Assembly (NCBI GenBank): GCA_963813025.1
Contig: CAWEXO010000014.1
Location: 1-64,000 of the forward strand
Reading direction: 5' to 3'
From: an uncultured Verrucomicrobiae bacterium
GTDB lineage: Bacteria > Verrucomicrobiota > Verrucomicrobiia > Chthoniobacterales > JAFAMB01
DNA length: 64,000 nt
A model generated the notes under the pieces. That model ran no database searches. It was not told the origin of the DNA and was given only the letters and a program-made list of their open reading frames with translations. The position numbers were made by a program, and so were the translations under genes. Shown in pieces: positions 23,251 through 34,709 of the stretch (the stretch's first letter is position 1; each line of letters begins with the position of its first letter).

Positions 23251-26200
23251 TGCGTAGTACGGCCGGAGAACGGGGGGCAACTTGCCGACCCGCAGCGCAC
23301 GTCCGATCATGTTGTCCCGCCCAAGGGTCTCGCCTCCCAACGGGACCAAATGGCCTGCCTTCAGCGCAGCAACAGGCACACCGTCGCGGAGAAGGATCCG
23401 ATGCGCATTGATCGCCGCGATACGCAATCCGGGTGTGAGAATCCCCGCGAGATTCAATGGATCGGCGGCACTGATTGCTATCAGGTCCCCGGTGAGCGGC
23501 TTTTTGCGGATCGAGCGCAGTAGTCCGACGGCTTCCGGCAAAGCAAACTGTTCGCCGCTAAGGCCGTTGACAAAATAGCCGCCACGAATCTCGCCCTGAG
23601 CCTCCAGCCGCCGATACGCCCGGCTGAGTTCGAACCAGGAAACGCTGAGAGACTCTCTTTCCATCACCCGCCGAAACACGACGCCATAACGCCGCAGCAG
23701 TACCCGCGCAAACGCCTCAAGCGCGTCTTCGCGTTGACCTGCTTCAGCCGGTCTGATCGGGCGCAACAAAGACCAGCGCCCGGCAAACTCTACCACTAGT
23801 AATTGCTTTATGGTGCCTTCGACGTTCGCCCAACGAAAATGGCGCGCGTTTCTCCTCGGGTATCAGCAACGCGCGTAGGCCTTCAAAGCTGTCGGCTGTC
23901 ACCTGGCCTTGAGCCACCAACTCAGCTAAAGCTCGCTCAAGACGTGAAGGCAACAAACCGGTCTGTTTCACCAGTTCGCCGAAAAAAAGCGCACCTCCGC
24001 ACGACAATATCTCGAGAGTGTGCTGGGTATCCGGCGAGAAGCCGGACGGCTTAGATTGAGCCGAGAGAGCGCACCAATGGGCAAGATGCTCTCGGGTAAA
24101 CAACGACATCGGGCTCGACCGGACTGGTAATACCGATCGGCCGTTTGAATTTTGCGGTAAAGTTAGTCGTCCCCATCCAATGCGTCCGGTGAAACAGAGT
24201 TGGTCCAGCCAGGCTGGCGTATAGTTTTTGATGCGAAGCGCCAAAACTTCCGGTTCCCAGGCGCCGGCAGGCATCTCGTAGCCGTCGAATAATTCCAGGA
24301 CAGCTCGGACACCGTCGACCCCTTCGACCTGATGCTCTTCGCCAGCCCGCTGCCAGACTAACAGGAACCGCTGGAACTCGGCAATCGATACCGGCTGAAT
24401 TTCCGCGCGCAACCGATTGATGGTCAGTCGATGAATGCGCGCCAGGAGCCGCCGATCACACCATTCCGTTTCCTGAGCACTCGGATGAAACTTCCCACGC
24501 AAGACAAATCCTTCCGCTTCGAGAGCGAGAAGTGCGCCTTCGATTTCCTGCGGGGATAGCTGAAAGAATTTCGTCAGCATACTGGCTGTGATCGGTCCCG
24601 TAACTTCCATCCGCCCCCGCACCAACTCGCGTACAGCATCGGCACGCGGCCAATGCCGTTCCCGTTCCGTTTCCGGTGCGATCAATGCAGGCGTGACTTC
24701 GCATCCCGGGTAGACTGCATGCAACATCGGCAAACGTTCAGCCGCCACCAAGAAAGCATGCGGCGTCGCCAGCCTTCCAACCCGTCCTTCGGACTTCAGC
24801 GAATCGAGCCAGAGCGAGACATTGTTTCCCTCCGCCAACTGCTGCACCTCTTCCTCATCGATGGCCCCCATCAACAACAATATCTCGTGGAGCTCATCGG
24901 CACTCGTGGGACATGGCCAAGCTTCGGCGCAAACCTTCTGAATAGCCGCTGCATCGAGAATTCCTAAATCGGTAGCTGACGACTCATTGGCTCGCCGAGT
25001 ATAGACGGCTTGTGTCCGGCGCTCTTCCAGCGGCGCGTTATCCAGAAAGGCATAAGGCTTGGCATTAAGGATTTCATGGGCAAACGGCGATGGCTCCGGT
25101 AGATCGCGTGCGATACATTCTATCGCACCACTCTCAATCCGATTAAGCACATCAATCAGCCCGTCGATGTCCATCGCCTCAGTCAAACAGTCGTTGATGG
25201 TCTGTTGCACCAGGGGATTGTCCGGAATTTCTCGATCGCCGGTGATGTTCTCCAGGCAGGCAAGTTGGTCGGGAAAAATTGCGGCCAATAGGTTTTCCGA
25301 TTCCATGCGTTGCAGCGGAGCGGGGACCTTATGGCCCCCCCGCTGGCGCGGCAGAGCGAGAGCACGGATTGCGTTCCATCGCCACCGAATTCCAAACATC
25401 GGTGCATCAAGCAGCGCCTGAATTAAGAGATCGCGTACGGTCCTGCTGTTCAAATAATGGAAGACGTCATCGAGTGGAAATGAGTGCTGGGTTCCGAGTG
25501 AGAGCACAATCGCATCGTCGGTGGCGGCAGCTTGTAATTCAAAATTGAACGACCGGCAGAACCGTTTACGCAAGGCTAGTCCCCAAGCTCGATTCATACG
25601 AATGCCGAATGGAGAATGAATAACCAACTGCATCCCGCCGGACTCGTCAAAGAAACGCTCCAGTACGAGCTTCCGTTGTGATGGAATGACGCCCAAGGCC
25701 CGGAACGTATCGCTGAAATAATCAGCGAGTTGAGCCGCCCCAGATTCAGAAAGACCAGTTTTCAACATCAACCATTCCGCGAGATCGTGCCCGGAATCGG
25801 TCTGCGTCGGCTCACTTCCATTCCTCTTGTTTCGCTCAAGCACGTTTGCGATCCGCTGCTCGGCATCGAACCGCAAACGTGAAACAGATCGCGATAATTC
25901 AGCGGTGCGGCCCGGCGCTTCGCCCAACCAGAACGGAATGCCCGGAGGTTGGCCGTGCGCATCTTCGACCCGCACCGTACCTGAGTTGATTCCTAAGATT
26001 CGCCATGACGTGTTGCCGAGCTGAAAAATATCGCCCGCCATACTTTCCACCGCAAAATCCTCGTTGACCGTGCCAACGAAAGTTTCACTCGGTTCCACCA
26101 CAACCCGGTAATCCGCATTGTCCGCAATAGCGCCTCCGGAAGTCAGCGCCAGAAGCCTCGCTCCACGACGGGCGCGAACCCGGTGGTTCACAGCATCATG

Positions 26201-27622
26201 ATGGATCAGCGAGGAGCGTCGTCCACGTCGAGTGCTGAACCCTTCCGCCAACATCCGTAAGACATCGTCAAACTCTTTCCGTGTCAGGTTTCGGTAGGGA
26301 TAGGCAGACCGCATCAGTTCGAAAAGCTGTTCTTCCTCCCAATCCTCGGAAGTTGCGCAGGCAACCATCTGCTGCGCCAGCAGATCGAGGGGTTTCTGCG
26401 GCATCTCCAGGGCATCCAGTTCCTGATTCCGGATACTGCGAAGGGTAGCGACCCCTTCAACCAACTCATCCCGGCTCAATGGAAATAGCCGGCCCTTGGG
26501 CAATCCGCCGCGCCGATGTTCCGCCCGTCCTACCCGCTGCAGAAAAGTCGCGATCGACCGAGTTGACCCTAACTGGCAGACCAGATCGATCGACCCGATG
26601 TCAATGCCTAGCTCCAAGGAAGCTGTAGCCACCAACGCTTTCAGTTCGCCTCGTTTCAACCGTTGCTCGGCCTCCAACCGGAGCTTGGCCGACAAGCTGC
26701 CATGATGCGAAGTGACTTTATCCGTGCCCAGTCGTTCGCAAAGATGATGAGACACCCGTTCAGCCAGCCGACGAGTGTTAACGAACACCAGCGTCGTCTG
26801 GTGTGCGGCAATGAGATCGGCAAGCCGTCCATAGACTTCTGCCCAAACTTCATTCGACATCACCGCTTCTAACCGAGAGCCGGGTAATTCGATCGCGAGA
26901 TCAAGTTTGCGCATGTGACCGCAATCAATAATCGTGCATTGCGCGTTTCCCGCAGTATCCAGGTTCCGTGTACCAACCAGAAAACGCGCGACTTCCTCCA
27001 TCGGTTTTTGGGTGGCGGATAATCCAATGCGTTGCAATGGACCGTCCGTCAGCGCAGCCAGCCGCTCCATGCTGAGCGCCAGATGCGATCCGCGCCGATT
27101 ACTCACGACGGCGTGAATTTCATCGATGATCAGTGTCCGGACCGTGGCCAACAGTTTTCGGCCAGACAACGAAGTAAGGAGCAGGTAAAACGACTCGGGC
27201 GTGGTGACCAGAATGTGTGGCGGCTTTCGAGTCATCGCCTGTCGTTTGGCGGCCGGGGTATCACCAGTCCTCACTTCGGCCCGAACATCCACGTCACGAC
27301 CGTAGCTATCTCTCAATGCAGCACGAATACCGGCTAAAGGTTGTTCCAGGTTCTTATGAATGTCGTTGCTGAGGGCTTTGAGTGGCGACACATAAACCAC
27401 ACGGGTTTCATCCGGAAGGTTCCCCTCCAGTCCATCCCGAAACAATTGGTCAAGCGCAGCAAGAAAAGCAGCCAACGTCTTGCCTGAACCCGTAGGCGCA
27501 GCCACCAGAGCATGTACTCCGGACTGAATCGCGGGCCAGCCGAATCGCTGCGGCTCGGTCGGGATCCCGAATGTTCGTTCGAACCATTGCTCCACTGCAG
27601 GATGGAATCGGAATGACGGCAT
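23248..27622 (-). CDS. lhr: Lhr-family ATP-dependent helicase (long form), one frameshift near 23790
   Basis: [46 protein letters not shown]-terminal [10 protein letters not shown]...GEIRGGYFV...GEQFALP...SAADPLNL. Confidence 0.92.
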
Positions 27623-27857
27623 TGAGGCTGCAATCTAGCTCAATAATCACCGGGTCGGCAAAGGGGAGCACCTTCCGGGCGCTCGCTTCCAATTCGGAGG
27701 GATGGGGAGCTTAGTCGCGAAGGCATGGTTGTGGCTCATTGACTGGCACTAATCACTTTGACCACTCCGAATCGTTTTCGCTGGTCGGTTCCTTGAATCA
27801 AGCCAGTCCTGCCGCTAAGCTGGCTTGTTCACCGCCTGCAGAAAAAGGATCCCTCCA

Positions 27858-29621
27858 TCAGCCGGAATAGATTTCTTCTCCTTGATGTAATCGCAAGGCG
27901 ACGGCAACTGACTGGCTGGAACTACGGCGCGTCGGGCAATGGGCAGCCAGATGTCGAGCCGCCGCGGTATAAAGTAGTTCGCGCTCGATGCCCCCCGACC
28001 GCCACAGCTGTGCCTGCGCGACCGCGGCCTCGATCACTTGCAACTGGTGGAAGTCGAGATCCTCCCGAACGGCAGCGAAGGTCAGCGTATCCACCAGATC
28101 CGGCTCCGGATGCCCTAAGCGTAAATAGCGGACTATCAGACTCGGAACTTCGGACCAGGCTTTTCGCTGGTCAAGCGAAGAGAGGATCCCTTCTCGCAGC
28201 GGACCCGGCGAGGTCGGGAGCTTCTCCAGAGGCGTTTCACCGGGAAGTTGAGCGCGAGGAATGTTGAGGAAACGATCCACGTAGATTGACATCGCGGCAT
28301 GGTACATGCCCCGAAGAACGTTCACATCTGCTCCACCCCGAGCCAGTACATGGTAAAGCGCGTTACAAAATGAAAAGGTGTGTATGGGCTCGAACCAATC
28401 ATCGATATCATTCGACTCGGGGAAACACGCCAACCGCCAAGCCGCCGCCAAGGTAATGTGCCGGGTAATTTCAACTGGCGGCACACCGTCGGTTATGGCC
28501 GCGGCGATCGCGCTGAGGATCGCGCAAGGATCCTCAGCGAGCAGTTCCCGGTAAAAATCCGGGCGGCAGGAGCCTTCCGGCCGCACTGCCACCGGGTGGT
28601 TCCGAAGATCTTCCTCGGCTTCTCGGATCAATTGGATCAGATCCCTTGGCGCTCGCCAAGCGCCGTGTTCCTCTTCGGATTGCGACTGGGTTAGATACTC
28701 CACGATGAGCGGGAAGATCTCGGCGGCGTGCTCCCAACCGATGAGATCCAGGAGTTCAAAGGCCTTGTTCGAAAGATCGAGGGCATGACCTCCGTCAGCA
28801 TATACGCGCTCCTGTAGTGATCCGAAGATCAGCCGGTTCAAGGCTTCGCGAGTCAGACCGGAATCGAGCGCCGACAACAAAGTTCGCTCAGCGCCATCAT
28901 CGTGCCGAACTTTGGCCCAGTGAAACATCCACCGGTTGAGCCGTTCTTCGTCGAATCTCTCTCCGCGGAGGCCACCGGCGGAATGCCGGACGGGCTGACC
29001 ATCGCAGTTCGCTGCTACTCCTCGGGCCGCTAAACTCAAGGCGTAGACGAGCGTGGTCTCGCCCAACCAGGGACTCAGTCGAGCTAGGGCGGTCAAGGTG
29101 GTCATGCCGTCTTTCCACACCCGGTGATTGTGCGCGCCGAATTTAGCGATTTCCCGGACGATGCGGTCCGTCGGCTCGCCGCGAGCCAGGAGGGCGACAA
29201 TATTCTTTGCTTGCACCAGCCCGATACTCTGCTCCATCCCACGTCGTAAACGCGCAAAATAGAAGGAGGAGTCAGCCTGCTGTCTTGGCCGCCGGGAAAC
29301 CCAGATATCATCGCCATGAACACAGACGTCAAACGCCGGCGCGTCGTCGGCCCATAAATCGAAAGTGCACCCGCTGCGCAGGTCGAATCGCGCATGGTGC
29401 CAGTGACACGTGAGGATGCCCTCCTGGAGGCTCCCTTTGCTTAAGGGGAAGCCCATGTGGGGGCAACGGTTGTCGAGCGCAAACACTTTCCCATCATGCG
29501 AGCAAAGCAGCAGCGGGCGATCGTCACCTCGCACCGTCATCATTCGCTTTTCTTGTAATTCGGCGAGCGACGCGGCGCGGAAAACTTCAGCGGGATTAGG
29601 TGGAATGTTTCCGGGGCTCAT
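27858..29621 (-). CDS. Rieske 2Fe-2S domain protein with a large helical C-terminal region of unknown function
   Basis: NRCPHMGFPL...TCHWHHARFD; start approximate. Confidence 0.85.
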   Translation of the reverse strand: MSPGNIPPNPAEVFRAASLAELQEKRMMTVRGDDRPLLLCSHDGKVFALDNRCPHMGFPLSKGSLQEGILTCHWHHARFDLRSGCTFDLWADDAPAFDVCVHGDDIWVSRRPRQQADSSFYFARLRRGMEQSIGLVQAKNIVALLARGEPTDRIVREIAKFGAHNHRVWKDGMTTLTALARLSPWLGETTLVYALSLAARGVAANCDGQPVRHSAGGLRGERFDEERLNRWMFHWAKVRHDDGAERTLLSALDSGLTREALNRLIFGSLQERVYADGGHALDLSNKAFELLDLIGWEHAAEIFPLIVEYLTQSQSEEEHGAWRAPRDLIQLIREAEEDLRNHPVAVRPEGSCRPDFYRELLAEDPCAILSAIAAAITDGVPPVEITRHITLAAAWRLACFPESNDIDDWFEPIHTFSFCNALYHVLARGGADVNVLRGMYHAAMSIYVDRFLNIPRAQLPGETPLEKLPTSPGPLREGILSSLDQRKAWSEVPSLIVRYLRLGHPEPDLVDTLTFAAVREDLDFHQLQVIEAAVAQAQLWRSGGIERELLYTAAARHLAAHCPTRRSSSQSVAVALRLHQGEEIYSG

Positions 29622-29764
29622 AACAAACAGAGAGCACCTCACAAGACCAGAGCCCCAAAGGTGCTCTTTGTAAAGCGGCGTGGTTTGAGACGCGCCCCGG
29701 CGCTTCTTCATCGAGGACCACGCCAACCGTTGAAAGCGGGAATCAGAACGTCTTTCGGCGTAAC

Positions 29765-29929
29765 CTACTGTACGGACCGAGGTGGCACATTCGAAAAGAG
29801 TGGACCGAGTCCTTCCGCCATCGTCGGGTGGGCGAGAACGGCGTCTCGGAGCCTCCAATATGGCAAGCTTGCCTGCACCGCTGCCATTAACTCGCCCGCC
29901 TCGGAGCCAATCATCGTGAAGCCGAGAAC
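29765..29929 (-). pseudogene. C-terminal dimerisation-domain scrap of a pyridine nucleotide-disulphide oxidoreductase
   Basis: VLGFTMIGSEAGELMAAVQ...LRDAVLAHPTMAEGL. Confidence 0.75.
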
Positions 29930-30342
29930 GTGCTCGGGTCGATTCTCACGGTGCAGGAGGCGATAAAGCGGTTCGGCGCGGAGGGCGGGAGCGTCATTAA
30001 TCTCAGCTCTATCGTCGGCTCGCATCCGGTGGCGGGAGCCCTGCTTTACGCCTCACGAAGTGGGCCATCGAAGCGCTGACCAAGGGGTTGGCGCTCGAAC
30101 TGGCGCCGCGCAAGATCCGTGTCAACGCCATCGCGCCGGGTCATACCGAAACCGAAGGAAATATCACCGCCGGGACCTTTGACGACGGCGCCGGCGCCGT
30201 CCTGGCCGGGAAGACACCGCTCGGCCGGCTAGGTCGCGTAACTGATATTGCGCCGCTGGCGGTGTTCCTGGCATCGGACGAATCAGCCTGGATCACTGGA
30301 GAGGTCATTCGAGCCGTAGGCGGCCTCGTTGTGGCGACCTGA
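29927..30342 (+). pseudogene. C-terminal half of an SDR oxidoreductase
   Basis: NVLGSIL...GSVINLSS...YAS.K.A...LALELAPRKIRVNAIAPG...WITGE; Rossmann N-terminus absent. Confidence 0.85.
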
Positions 30343-30413
30343 TTATTCTTATCCCGCTCTCTCGATCTCGGAATGTACTCGCTCGATGCCACTTGGAAGG
30401 GTTTAATGCGCGG

Positions 30414-30623
30414 ATGAGTGACCACATCTACAAAAAGATCGAACTGGTCGGTTCCTCTCCAAACGGCATCGAAGATGCAGTGAACAACGCGATCAGTCGA
30501 GCTGGCAAAACAATCCGCAATATGAGGTGGTTTGAAGTCGCCGAGGTACGCGGCCACCTCGAGAATAGCAAGGTTGCGAACTGGCAGGTGACAGTGAAGG
30601 TGGGGTTCACATTGGATAGCTGA
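30414..30623 (+). CDS. Dodecin (flavin-binding protein)
   Basis: [15 protein letters not shown]...WFEV...[11 protein letters not shown]. Confidence 0.93.
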   Translation: MSDHIYKKIELVGSSPNGIEDAVNNAISRAGKTIRNMRWFEVAEVRGHLENSKVANWQVTVKVGFTLDS

Positions 30624-30645
30624 TAAGATTGAATTGGATGAGAGA

Positions 30646-30692
30646 AACACCGACCGCCCGACGTTCGGCAACCCTTCGGGGGCGGCGGTGTT
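30646..30692. terminator. GC-rich hairpin between convergent genes
   Basis: aacaccgaccgccc...gggcggcggtgtt; no long U-tract. Confidence 0.4.
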
Positions 30693-30868
30693 CTGCGTTC
30701 CTCGCTTGTCCTCCAGGCGACTTGGAAAGTAAGCTACGATGAAATTGTGAACGCGGTTTTTGCTGCCAGTTGAGGATTCTTTGTGAAACCGAAGCTTGCC
30801 GCCTTCCCTAAATGTTTCATGGACGAACCCTGTGTCCATCACACGATGACCTTGGTTCGACAGCCTGG

Positions 30869-31885
30869 TTATACGTCTCTGTCGATGTCAGCTCGGCGCT
30901 GAGTCTCCTCTCTGAGATCTTCCCCTCCTGGTTCATTTCGCACTTGCATGTCGCCCGCAGAACCTTTGTCTACCTTAACGTCTTCCCGTCGAACGGTATC
31001 ACTGACGTTCTGCTGTTCCGTTTTTTCAGTTTTTCGGACCCGAACGCCGCCGGTCACCCGAGTCTCCTTTTCCACAACGGCTTCTTCTCGGCTCAACGGC
31101 ACCCGAATTTCGTCTTCCTGAAAGCTTGATGGCGCTCCTGCTTTTACCTCAGAAGCAGGAATGCGCTCAATGACGGCATCTTCGCGCTTGAGTTCCACCG
31201 GAACATTGACCTGTTCGGTTTCGACCACTTTTCGCACGCGAACCTCACCGGCCGCAATGTCTCGCTTCCCTACTTTCAATTGTTCTTCAGTGAGCGGCAC
31301 TTCTTCTGTGGTCGTTTCGCGGCCAGGCGATCGAGCGGCACCCGCACCGAGATCCTCAGTGGCAAGGTTGCCCTCGGTTCGAAGAGGGGTCTTGGTAAGC
31401 GGCTCCCGCTCAAGCGGCACTCCCGGTGTGGCACCGCCTTCGATCTCGCCCCGCCAACCACCGGTTTCAGCGCCTCTGGATTCAATATAGTCGCGAAAGC
31501 GTTTCAGATCGCCTTCCACGCGCCCTGATGGAATGCCGAGCGCATCGCCGGCCTTCTCAAGCATGCCTTCAGGTTCGTAATCCATCGTCAGCGTTACTCG
31601 TGTTCGTCCTGCATCCAATTCTTCGAAAATGACTTCTCCTGAATTGGGAGCACCTGAAATACTTTGCCAGGAAATCCGCCGGTCAGGAATCTGATCGACA
31701 ATTTCTGCTTCCCAGGACTTTTCTTTGCCGCCAACCTGCGCTCTCCAGAAAAGGTGTTTGTCTCCTTCCTGGCGCACCTCCTGGACGCCCTCCATAAAGT
31801 GAGGGAAGTCCTCGAATTGTGTCCACTGATTGTAAACCGCTCTGACCGGTGCATTGACTTCGATTGTATGAGTCGTAGATCCCAT
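30869..31885 (-). CDS. SRPBCC (cyclase/dehydrase) domain fused to YsnF/AvaK (DUF2382) domain
   Basis: VYNQWTQFEDFPHFMEGV...GDLKRFRDYIE, then EEQLKVGKR...EVRVRKVVETE...VRRED. Confidence 0.85.
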   Translation of the reverse strand: MGSTTHTIEVNAPVRAVYNQWTQFEDFPHFMEGVQEVRQEGDKHLFWRAQVGGKEKSWEAEIVDQIPDRRISWQSISGAPNSGEVIFEELDAGRTRVTLTMDYEPEGMLEKAGDALGIPSGRVEGDLKRFRDYIESRGAETGGWRGEIEGGATPGVPLEREPLTKTPLRTEGNLATEDLGAGAARSPGRETTTEEVPLTEEQLKVGKRDIAAGEVRVRKVVETEQVNVPVELKREDAVIERIPASEVKAGAPSSFQEDEIRVPLSREEAVVEKETRVTGGVRVRKTEKTEQQNVSDTVRREDVKVDKGSAGDMQVRNEPGGEDLREETQRRADIDRDV

Positions 31886-32241
31886 TTTGTTATTCCTTCT
31901 AAAGGTCAAGCAGTTCGCGTTGCGAATCGAAACCGGACGTCTCCACGAAATGGGGACCATTGATGCTACCTGCTTTTTAAGCCGTGGCATACATCCTCTT
32001 CGGCTTCCAATAGCGATTGCAACCTAACCGATCCTCTCTTCTTGCCGAATCAAAGGAAGCCGGCTCAGCTAGGGTTCGCCCGGCAAAACCTTTTTGGGCG
32101 CGCCTCAGCTCAGAATTGGGGACCGTTTGCTTCCCAGGAAAACTTCGGCGACAATTTAGAAGGCGGATATCTCCCTTTTTAGAAGCCTCATCAGAGCAAG
32201 GATCTGAAGGGAAAACGCAATCACAAATCACCGGAAAGCCT

Positions 32242-33087
32242 ATGAGCCAGAACCTGAACCTGCTCCGGCAAAACTATTGCCGGCCTGCCATCGCCACTAG
32301 CAAGGAAATCCCTTACCTCTTTCCCTTGGAGAAAGAGTGCGAGCAGGGGAAAGCCCTCCTCGCGAAAGCACCAAAAAAGTTCCTTCACCTGCAGAAGTTC
32401 GATCCATACGGTCTTCAACAGACCTATCGAGACGAAACTACCGGCGCGGAGTTACCGGTCTTCGCGGTCTTCAACCTCGAAGGCGACCACCGATCCGCTT
32501 TCGAAATCACCACAGACTCCGTTCCCGAAATCGCTGGGTCCGGCAGCCTTCCCGCCTACATCCCATTTCATAGAACCCAAGCGTTCGTAAGAAAGATCAA
32601 TGAAGGGCGGATGAAGGCCGAACGGCCAATGGCTCGAATCTCTCTGGTCCTGGGTAGCTTCCCTGCATTGGCTTATCTCTTCTCCCACGTCGCGGTATTG
32701 GCCAGCCCCAGAGCACCGTTCATTTTTGCGGGCGGATGGGCCCTTGGCGCGTTCCTCGCGTACCTGCTGAGTCTGTGGGTGCTCGATTGGCTTTACCCCT
32801 GGAAGAAATTGGTGATCACGGCAGAATTTAACGGTATCCTTCCGAAAGAAGTCCGGGAAAAAGCACGCGTGGCCAGAGATCGCTTCGACAACCTATACCT
32901 CATCGTCGATCAGCAACACCGTTGGAAAAGTGCATTCTTGACCGATCCAAGACCGCGCGCCTTAGACCCGCTTTTGATCGGCGAGCTCAAGCACGGCCAG
33001 CGGCATCAATTTTTCCTGATCGACCAATTCGATCTCACCGAAGCAGAGCAGTACCTCGCTGACGAATTTGCTACTAAGCCGGCTTGA
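32242..33087 (+). CDS. Hypothetical membrane protein (two central hydrophobic segments)
   Basis: Intact 281-aa ORF from ATG 32242; hydrophobic hairpin. Confidence 0.65.
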   Translation: MSQNLNLLRQNYCRPAIATSKEIPYLFPLEKECEQGKALLAKAPKKFLHLQKFDPYGLQQTYRDETTGAELPVFAVFNLEGDHRSAFEITTDSVPEIAGSGSLPAYIPFHRTQAFVRKINEGRMKAERPMARISLVLGSFPALAYLFSHVAVLASPRAPFIFAGGWALGAFLAYLLSLWVLDWLYPWKKLVITAEFNGILPKEVREKARVARDRFDNLYLIVDQQHRWKSAFLTDPRPRALDPLLIGELKHGQRHQFFLIDQFDLTEAEQYLADEFATKPA

Positions 33088-34145
33088 GCTTTTGCCCGTC
33101 GACGGCACTACGATCGGGAATCCGGCGCTAGAAATTGCGAGGCGTGACTGGGGTCACGTACTTGATGACCTCGCAGAGAATGTAAGGCGGACGCATCGGT
33201 CGTGGCGGTCTCGCTCTTAGTGGCCTCGACCACGATGGTCACTCATCTCACCTAAAGTCTGCAGCGAATCGACCCGTTGCGTTGACCAGATATTTCGGCA
33301 AGGCAGATATCTACTTTAGCGAGCATTTTGGCTCGGAGTGGAACCATCCAACTTGCTACACCTGCCCACTGGATCGCAGGAACCGGTGAGTTCGCTCTGC
33401 AGTGGTCGGTCTAGCGATTTTGCGATGATAGATCCAGGTTTTCAGGGTGACAAGCGGTACACCGAGCTGATCCGCCAAATTTGATGAGTGCAGGTGTGGT
33501 GCGCTCGACAGTTGAGCAGCTGGCGGACCAAGTTCGCGAACTCGGTTCGCCATTCGGTTTGCGTGTCTTCGATTTTTCAACGCCTTACTCCTTAGCCCGA
33601 AGACCATTCAAAACCATATGGGAAGTATTCTCCGAACTGAAAGCGGAGACTCGTACCGGTGCTGCAGAGGCCATTGAGATGCTAAAAAGAGCGGAAGTCG
33701 CGCCTCAATGAGTATTCTTACCGAAAGTGGATTTGTATGTTTTGATCTCCCCCATCGGAGCGAATTACACAAGGCTGATGGCCCGTGATGATGAGTTTGG
33801 TCCTCGTATCACCGTCGGCAACGGATAGAACTTGCCTTGGAGATTGGGGCTCGCGCCGTCGCAAGCTCATCTCTATTCGACAAGCCAAAGGGCGCCGTCA
33901 GGATCAACGATGTCAGCGGCGCGATAACAGATGGGCCAGCACGAAGCCTGGGGTACAGCTACGTCCTCTGGAGTTACAGATTCTCCGCCAGTGCATCGAG
34001 AGAACCTGTGTGCCGAGCAAATATATACAAGAACGCTTCGGTCTACTGCATTTAAGAGGAGGAGCATATGTCGATGGGGTACTTCCCTTTCCGCGACTAC
34101 TGTGCTAAGAGAAAGCTGCAGGTAAAAGTAGACCGGTAGGAAATT

Positions 34146-34493
34146 ATGGCTTTGACACTAACGTTAACTACAGAGGCGCTCACAACTGTAGACGATGCGG
34201 CTGGGAACTGGCAATTTGAGGGTGGAAGGGTGCTGGACAACCAGAAGCAGGTTGGTAATTACGCGAGCACCAAACGCTTTGTGTTCAAAGGGACCGACGC
34301 TCAGAATACTGCAATGTTGACCCTTACTATCTTCTTTCTCGGCCAGCAGCCAGCCGAGAACATTACTCTTCAAGGTGACCACGACTTCAACGCTGGAAGC
34401 GAGATTGGCAGCGTTAGTGCTGCGTCGGCCGGGTTCGCTTCGTACATTGGCAAGCACTTCTCGCGAGTTGGCGACACGCTCAGAATCCGGTGA
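34146..34493 (+). CDS. Hypothetical small beta-rich protein
   Basis: 115 aa with AGGA RBS upstream; protein-like composition. Confidence 0.7.
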   Translation: MALTLTLTTEALTTVDDAAGNWQFEGGRVLDNQKQVGNYASTKRFVFKGTDAQNTAMLTLTIFFLGQQPAENITLQGDHDFNAGSEIGSVSAASAGFASYIGKHFSRVGDTLRIR

Positions 34494-34709
34494 AAGAAGA
34501 TTCGCCTGAAAAATATCTGTCGATAGGCTTCTCAGTCAGGAGTTCCGACCAAATGCCCATTCCAAACTAAGGAAGTGGTGTTCTCCGAAGAACGGCGCCA
34601 GCGGTTCGAACGGGGCTTTGATGGAGGCGGGGTCAATCAACCCACCAGGCTAGTACGTCCGCAGATCGATTCCTACCCAATAATCGAGATTTGAGTTTTG
34701 GTTCAGGCC

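Noticed and set aside
23248..29621. Anti-phage defence system built on the helicase
   Set aside because: Motifs fit ordinary Lhr; no nuclease, methylase or other defence partner is adjacent.
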